Below, piece by piece: positions 59,793-64,000 of a DNA stretch of 64,000 nt; the first letter of the stretch is position 1, and each line of letters begins with the position of its first letter. The DNA is from an uncultured Ignavibacteria bacterium (GTDB lineage: Bacteria; Zixibacteria; MSB-5A5; DSPP01; RBG-1): the NCBI GenBank assembly GCA_964399055.1, contig CAYNPJ010000002.1:116124-180123 (forward strand), in the 5' to 3' direction. The position numbers and the translations under genes are program-made. The notes below the pieces were generated by a model, which was given only the letters and a program-made list of their open reading frames with translations, did not search any database and had not been told where the DNA came from.

Positions 59793-61898
59793 TTAACCTA
59801 TGGCCATAAACCCGAATTTGTGGCGATATTTTTGATTAAATACTTCTGCGATGATGCGGTGCTCAGGTTGAGTCAATGACGGGTCTTGGGTCACGATTAT
59901 AAAGGCGCTCTCTCTGGCCGAAAACAGGACCTTCATGTCCTTGACTAAATCGGCCACTCTTAGCTCCGGCAAGCCATGTTGTCTGGTGCCGAAGAACTCT
60001 CCTGGACCGCGCAGTTGTAAGTCAGTTTCGGCAATTTTAAAGCCGTCTGTGGTGGTGACCATAGCCTGCAATCTAATTTTTGCCTCCTCAGATAAGGGCC
60101 ACTGGGCAATCAAGAAGCAGTAAGACTGGTCGGCGCCTCTACCAACTCTCCCCCGCAACTGATGCAATTGGGATAGGCCGAATCTCTCCGCATGCTCTAT
60201 AATCATTACCGTAGCATTGGGAATGTCTAAGCCTACTTCGATTACGGTTGTGGCTACTAGAATATTGTACTCCCCCTGTCGAAATTTGTGCATTATCTCT
60301 TCCCGCTCTTTGCGCTCCAAGCGCCCGTGAATCAAGGCGAGCCTGAATTGCGGAAATGTCTCCTTCTTGAGTTTTTCATAGGCCTCAGTGGCCGCCTTTA
60401 AATCAGATTTCTCTGTCTCCTCAATTAAGGGATAGACAATGTAAACCTGCCTTCCTTCCTGAATTCTATTCTGAATGAAGTTATAGACTTCTGGCAAGTC
60501 TTTCTCGCCTTTTAAAATGGTTTCCACCGGCTTTCTGCCCGGCGGCATCTGGTCAATCACCGAAACGTCCAAATCTCCATAAAGCGTAAGCGCCAGAGTC
60601 CTGGGTATGGGGGTGGCAGTCATTATCAGGACATCCGGCATCTCTCCTTTCTGCTTCAACAATCCTCTCTGCATTACGCCGAAGCGATGTTGCTCGTCTA
60701 TCACGCAAAACCCCAGTCTGTGGAATTTAACCTTTTCCTGAATCAGAGCCTGCGTGCCGACTACCAGGTCAATCTCGCCTCCTGCAATTCCTGTTACAAT
60801 CTCCTCCCGTTCAGCCCTGGAGACCGAACTGGTCAAAAGGGCTACCTTTACTCCGGACCGCTCTAGCAGGCGGTGGATATTGATAAAGTGCTGCTCTGCT
60901 AAAATCTCAGTGGGGGCCATGAAGGCTGCCTGATAACCGGATTCTACTGCGATTAAAACTGCTATCAGGGCGACTATAGTCTTGCCGGAGCCGACATCCC
61001 CCTGCAAGAGTCTGCTCATCGGCTTAGAAGAGGTCATATCCGCTCTGATTTCGCGCAATACTTTTTTCTGGCTTTCGGTTAGTTCAAATTTCAGATTGCT
61101 GAGGAGTGATTTGACCAGTTCCCCCGGACTTTTGAAAGTTATGCCCAATTCAGGTTCTTGCTGGTGTTTTTTGCGCAAGGCCAACATCAGCTCCAGATAG
61201 AACAGCTCATCAAATGCCAGCCTCTGGTGTGCCCTTTCGGCTTCCTCCATACTTTCCGGAAAGTGAACATTTTCCAGAGCCTTCATTAGCGGCATCAATC
61301 TTAATTCTTTGAGCAGATATTCTGGCAGAGTTTCCGGAATATATTTCAAGACTTTATCCAGGGCCGGCTTCAATACCCTCCTGAATCCCCGGCTGTCCAT
61401 AAAGACCTTTTTCAGGCCTGCGGTGGAAGGATAAAGCGGTATTACTCGTCCAGTATGAATCAAGTTTTCGCCGTTGCCGGAGACGATTTCATATTCCGGA
61501 TGGGCCATCTCTAAGCCGTTGTAGAAACGCACTTCACCGGAGACAATGACTGTGTCCCCGGGTCTGAAAACCTTATGCATGAATCTCTGATTGGCAAACC
61601 AGACCAAAGTGAGAAAGCCGGTTTCATCTTTTAAAATCACCCGAAAGGTCAGTTTTCTGCCCCGGACTATCCCTAATGCTTCTACTTCACCGATTACCGT
61701 GGCCGGAGAGTTTATTTTTAGTTGATTGATGGGCGTAAAACTGGAGCGGTCTAAATATTTACGGGGGAGGTAGTAAAGCAAGTCCTCGACAGTTTCGACG
61801 CCCACCTGGCTTAAGGCATAAGCCTTTTTAGGGCCAATGCCTTTGAAGTACTGGACCGGGGAGGTTAAGACCTCAGCGGCTTTATCAGGTCCCATCAA
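59793..61898 (-). CDS. recG: ATP-dependent DNA helicase RecG
   Basis: wedge/OB domain, SF2 helicase motifs (GDVGSGKT Walker A, DEQHRFG), 701 aa. Confidence 0.9.
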   Translation of the reverse strand: MMGPDKAAEVLTSPVQYFKGIGPKKAYALSQVGVETVEDLLYYLPRKYLDRSSFTPINQLKINSPATVIGEVEALGIVRGRKLTFRVILKDETGFLTLVWFANQRFMHKVFRPGDTVIVSGEVRFYNGLEMAHPEYEIVSGNGENLIHTGRVIPLYPSTAGLKKVFMDSRGFRRVLKPALDKVLKYIPETLPEYLLKELRLMPLMKALENVHFPESMEEAERAHQRLAFDELFYLELMLALRKKHQQEPELGITFKSPGELVKSLLSNLKFELTESQKKVLREIRADMTSSKPMSRLLQGDVGSGKTIVALIAVLIAVESGYQAAFMAPTEILAEQHFINIHRLLERSGVKVALLTSSVSRAEREEIVTGIAGGEIDLVVGTQALIQEKVKFHRLGFCVIDEQHRFGVMQRGLLKQKGEMPDVLIMTATPIPRTLALTLYGDLDVSVIDQMPPGRKPVETILKGEKDLPEVYNFIQNRIQEGRQVYIVYPLIEETEKSDLKAATEAYEKLKKETFPQFRLALIHGRLERKEREEIMHKFRQGEYNILVATTVIEVGLDIPNATVMIIEHAERFGLSQLHQLRGRVGRGADQSYCFLIAQWPLSEEAKIRLQAMVTTTDGFKIAETDLQLRGPGEFFGTRQHGLPELRVADLVKDMKVLFSARESAFIIVTQDPSLTQPEHRIIAEVFNQKYRHKFGFMAIG

Positions 61899-61999
61899 TC
61901 ATTAAATTAAAACATAAGCTGCCCCTTTTGGCAATCAAAAAACTGCTTGCCTGTCTGACCCCGAATTCATATATTAGCGGCCTGAATTTAGGAGGATAG

Positions 62000-62191
62000 A
62001 TGGCCGTCAGCTGTGAAATCTGTGGAAAAAGTTATCTGAAAGGCAACAAAGTCTCCCACGCCAATAACCGCACCATCCGGCGCTGGATGCCTAATTTAAG
62101 AAGGGTGCGGGCAAAAGTAGGAAACACAACCCGCTATGTCCGGGTCTGCGCCTCCTGCCTTAAAGCAGGCAAAGTGGTCAAAGCGGCTTAG
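62000..62191 (+). CDS. rpmB: 50S ribosomal protein L28
   Basis: [36 protein letters not shown] canonical L28. Confidence 0.9.
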   Translation: MAVSCEICGKSYLKGNKVSHANNRTIRRWMPNLRRVRAKVGNTTRYVRVCASCLKAGKVVKAA

Positions 62192-63330
62192 CCGTTCTTT
62201 CTTCTCATAAAGGCCGGCACTTCGTAGTCTTCCCCGTTAGAAGAGCCGGCTGCCACCCGCTGAAAAACGTCTTCCTGGATGGCCGGACCTTTTTTGCCGC
62301 TCAGCTTCTGGGTTAAGATTTTCTCCGGATTGAATGTTTCACTGATGCCTTCCAAGGCATCGGGAATCCTCTGCTTCGGCTCTAAGCCTGTAGCGATAAC
62401 GGTGACTTTGATTTCGTCCTTTAAACTTGGGTCGAGAACTGCTCCAAAAATGATGTTAGCTTCGTCTCCGGCTTCCTGCAGGATAATGTTGGCCGCTTCA
62501 GTTACCTCATGCAAGGTCAGGTCGTTCCCGCCGGTGACATTCACCAAGACCCCTTTGGCTCCGGTGATGGAAATGTCCTCTAAGAGAGGAGAGGCGATGG
62601 CCTTGATGGCCGCTTCCTTGGCTTTATTCTCGCCGCTGGAGCGTCCGGTTCCCATTAAGGCGTCTCCCATCTCGGACATCACTGTGCGCACATCGGCGAA
62701 GTCCAGATTAATCAGCCCCGGTACCGTGATTAAGTCAGAAATTCCCCGCGTGGCCTGCAGTAAAACGTCATCTGCCAGGCGGAAGGCATCGGTGAATAAG
62801 GTCTGTTTGGAGGCGATGGAAAGTAATCTCTGATTAGGAATGACAATCAGCGTATCAACTCTCTCTTTTAGTTCCTTGATTCCCTGCAGGGCATTGGCCA
62901 TGCGCTTCTTACCTTCGAAGTCAAAGGGCTTGGTCACAATGGCGACTGTCAGGGCACCTGACTGTTTGGCTATCTCTGCTACTATGGGAGCGGCACCGGT
63001 GCCGGTTCCGCCCCCCATGCCGGCGGTGACAAAGACCATGTTGGCCCCAGCCACTGCTTCAGCCACTAAGTCTCGGGATTCTTCAATGGCCTTGCGGCCT
63101 ACGGCCGGGATTGAGCCGGCTCCCAGACCCTTGGTCACCTGCTCCCCGATTTGAATCTTGTGGCCGGCTTTATTGCAGTCCAAGACCTGGGCGTCGGTAT
63201 TGATGGCAATGAAATCTACCCCGGCCAGGCCGGCTTCAATCATCCGGTTGACTCCGTTGCCGCCTGCGCCGCCTACTCCGACTACTTTCATATCCGTGTA
63301 ATTGTGGTTGTTGAGATCGAGCTCTATCAC
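62188..63330 (-). CDS. ftsZ: cell division GTPase FtsZ
   Basis: tubulin signature GGGTGTG ([12 protein letters not shown]), N-terminal GVGGAGGN; 380 aa. Confidence 0.95.
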   Translation of the reverse strand: MIELDLNNHNYTDMKVVGVGGAGGNGVNRMIEAGLAGVDFIAINTDAQVLDCNKAGHKIQIGEQVTKGLGAGSIPAVGRKAIEESRDLVAEAVAGANMVFVTAGMGGGTGTGAAPIVAEIAKQSGALTVAIVTKPFDFEGKKRMANALQGIKELKERVDTLIVIPNQRLLSIASKQTLFTDAFRLADDVLLQATRGISDLITVPGLINLDFADVRTVMSEMGDALMGTGRSSGENKAKEAAIKAIASPLLEDISITGAKGVLVNVTGGNDLTLHEVTEAANIILQEAGDEANIIFGAVLDPSLKDEIKVTVIATGLEPKQRIPDALEGISETFNPEKILTQKLSGKKGPAIQEDVFQRVAAGSSNGEDYEVPAFMRRKNG

Positions 63331-63347
63331 CTTACCCTCCTGGTGGT

Positions 63348-64000
63348 TTAAAGATATTCATTTATCCAATCTTTGATTCTCCCCATAAAACCGGGGGAAT
63401 GTTTTTTACCGTTATGGTTGGCTATTTCCATTTGTTTTTGATTTAAACCGTAGAGGACTAAGCCGACTGCCGTGGCATAGACCGGACTGGCGGCCACCTC
63501 CTCTAGTCCTGAAAATCCCTGAGAATTCCCCAGACGGGCGGGCATGTCAAAAATCTGCTCGGCTAATTCCACGCTCCCCTCTAACAGGGCTCCTCCTCCG
63601 GTAATGATTACCCCGGCTGCTAGAAGTTGAGACAGGCCGGTTTTTTTGACTTCTCTCTGGGCTAAGCTGAAGATTTCTTCCATGCGGGGTTCAATGATTC
63701 CGGCCAGGACCTTGCGGGAGACTTCCTTGGGTGGCCGGCCTCCCACTCCGGGAACTGCGACCATCTCACCGGCTTCAACCAAACCGGCTAGAGCGCATCC
63801 GTAATTTTTCTTTAATGCCTCAGCCTGCTCAACCGGAGTGCGCATCCCTATGGCCAAGTCGTTGGTTACGCTATTTCCGCCTAAACCCATTACTGCTGTA
63901 TGTCGAATAGAGCCATCGTAGAATATTGCCAGATCCGTGGTGCCTCCGCCCAGGTCGATTACAATGGCACCCAGCTCCTTTTCTTCGGCTGACATGACCG
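63348..64000 (-). CDS. ftsA: cell division protein FtsA, C-terminal part (5' end beyond window)
   Basis: actin-like ATPase C-terminal motifs ([26 protein letters not shown]); adjacent to ftsZ. Confidence 0.9.
   Translation of the reverse strand, partial: VMSAEEKELGAIVIDLGGGTTDLAIFYDGSIRHTAVMGLGGNSVTNDLAIGMRTPVEQAEALKKNYGCALAGLVEAGEMVAVPGVGGRPPKEVSRKVLAGIIEPRMEEIFSLAQREVKKTGLSQLLAAGVIITGGGALLEGSVELAEQIFDMPARLGNSQGFSGLEEVAASPVYATAVGLVLYGLNQKQMEIANHNGKKHSPGFMGRIKDWINEYL

Overview
This window is a bacterial chromosomal segment with moderate GC (about 50% by eye). Genes are densely packed, often with overlapping stop/start codons, and are mostly housekeeping (feature table below).

Lineage. The window carries type IX secretion system (T9SS) components: a giant SprA/Sov-like protein, two PorV/PorQ-like outer membrane proteins (OMPs), a T9SS C-terminal sorting domain (CTD) cargo and a glutaminyl cyclase. 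It also carries McsA/McsB/ClpC. Together these point to a Fibrobacteres-Chlorobi-Bacteroidetes (FCB) superphylum member, possibly a candidate phylum. This is an inference.

Most unusual region, about 35.2-38.3 kb. A compact accessory island sits between the sdhCDAB cluster and fumB/pckG. It contains:
- two tandem paralogous 47-48 aa basic mini-proteins, each with a conserved stem-loop that sequesters the Shine-Dalgarno (SD) sequence and the AUG;
- three copies of a ~50-bp element made of two adjacent palindromes, one a perfect CRP-type TGTGA-N6-TCACA box;
- a glycine-zipper repeat membrane protein;
- a small helical ORF overlapping a ClpP-class (SDH/S49-like) serine protease.

Other notable points:
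- a low-GC two-gene module (a possible PD-(D/E)xK-like nuclease plus a small RelE-like protein) packed between the rhomboid gene and dnaE;
- a low-GC gene with a winged-HTH N-terminus next to repetitive extragenic palindrome (REP)-like repeats;
- two families of REP-like palindromes;
- larB-(39-aa TM peptide)-larC fused to an orphan etfA;
- lolCD-mcsA-mcsB-clpC with no ctsR in the window.

No tRNA, rRNA or CRISPR array was found. The supplied ORF track uses GTG/TTG as well as ATG starts, and several starts were re-evaluated by hand.
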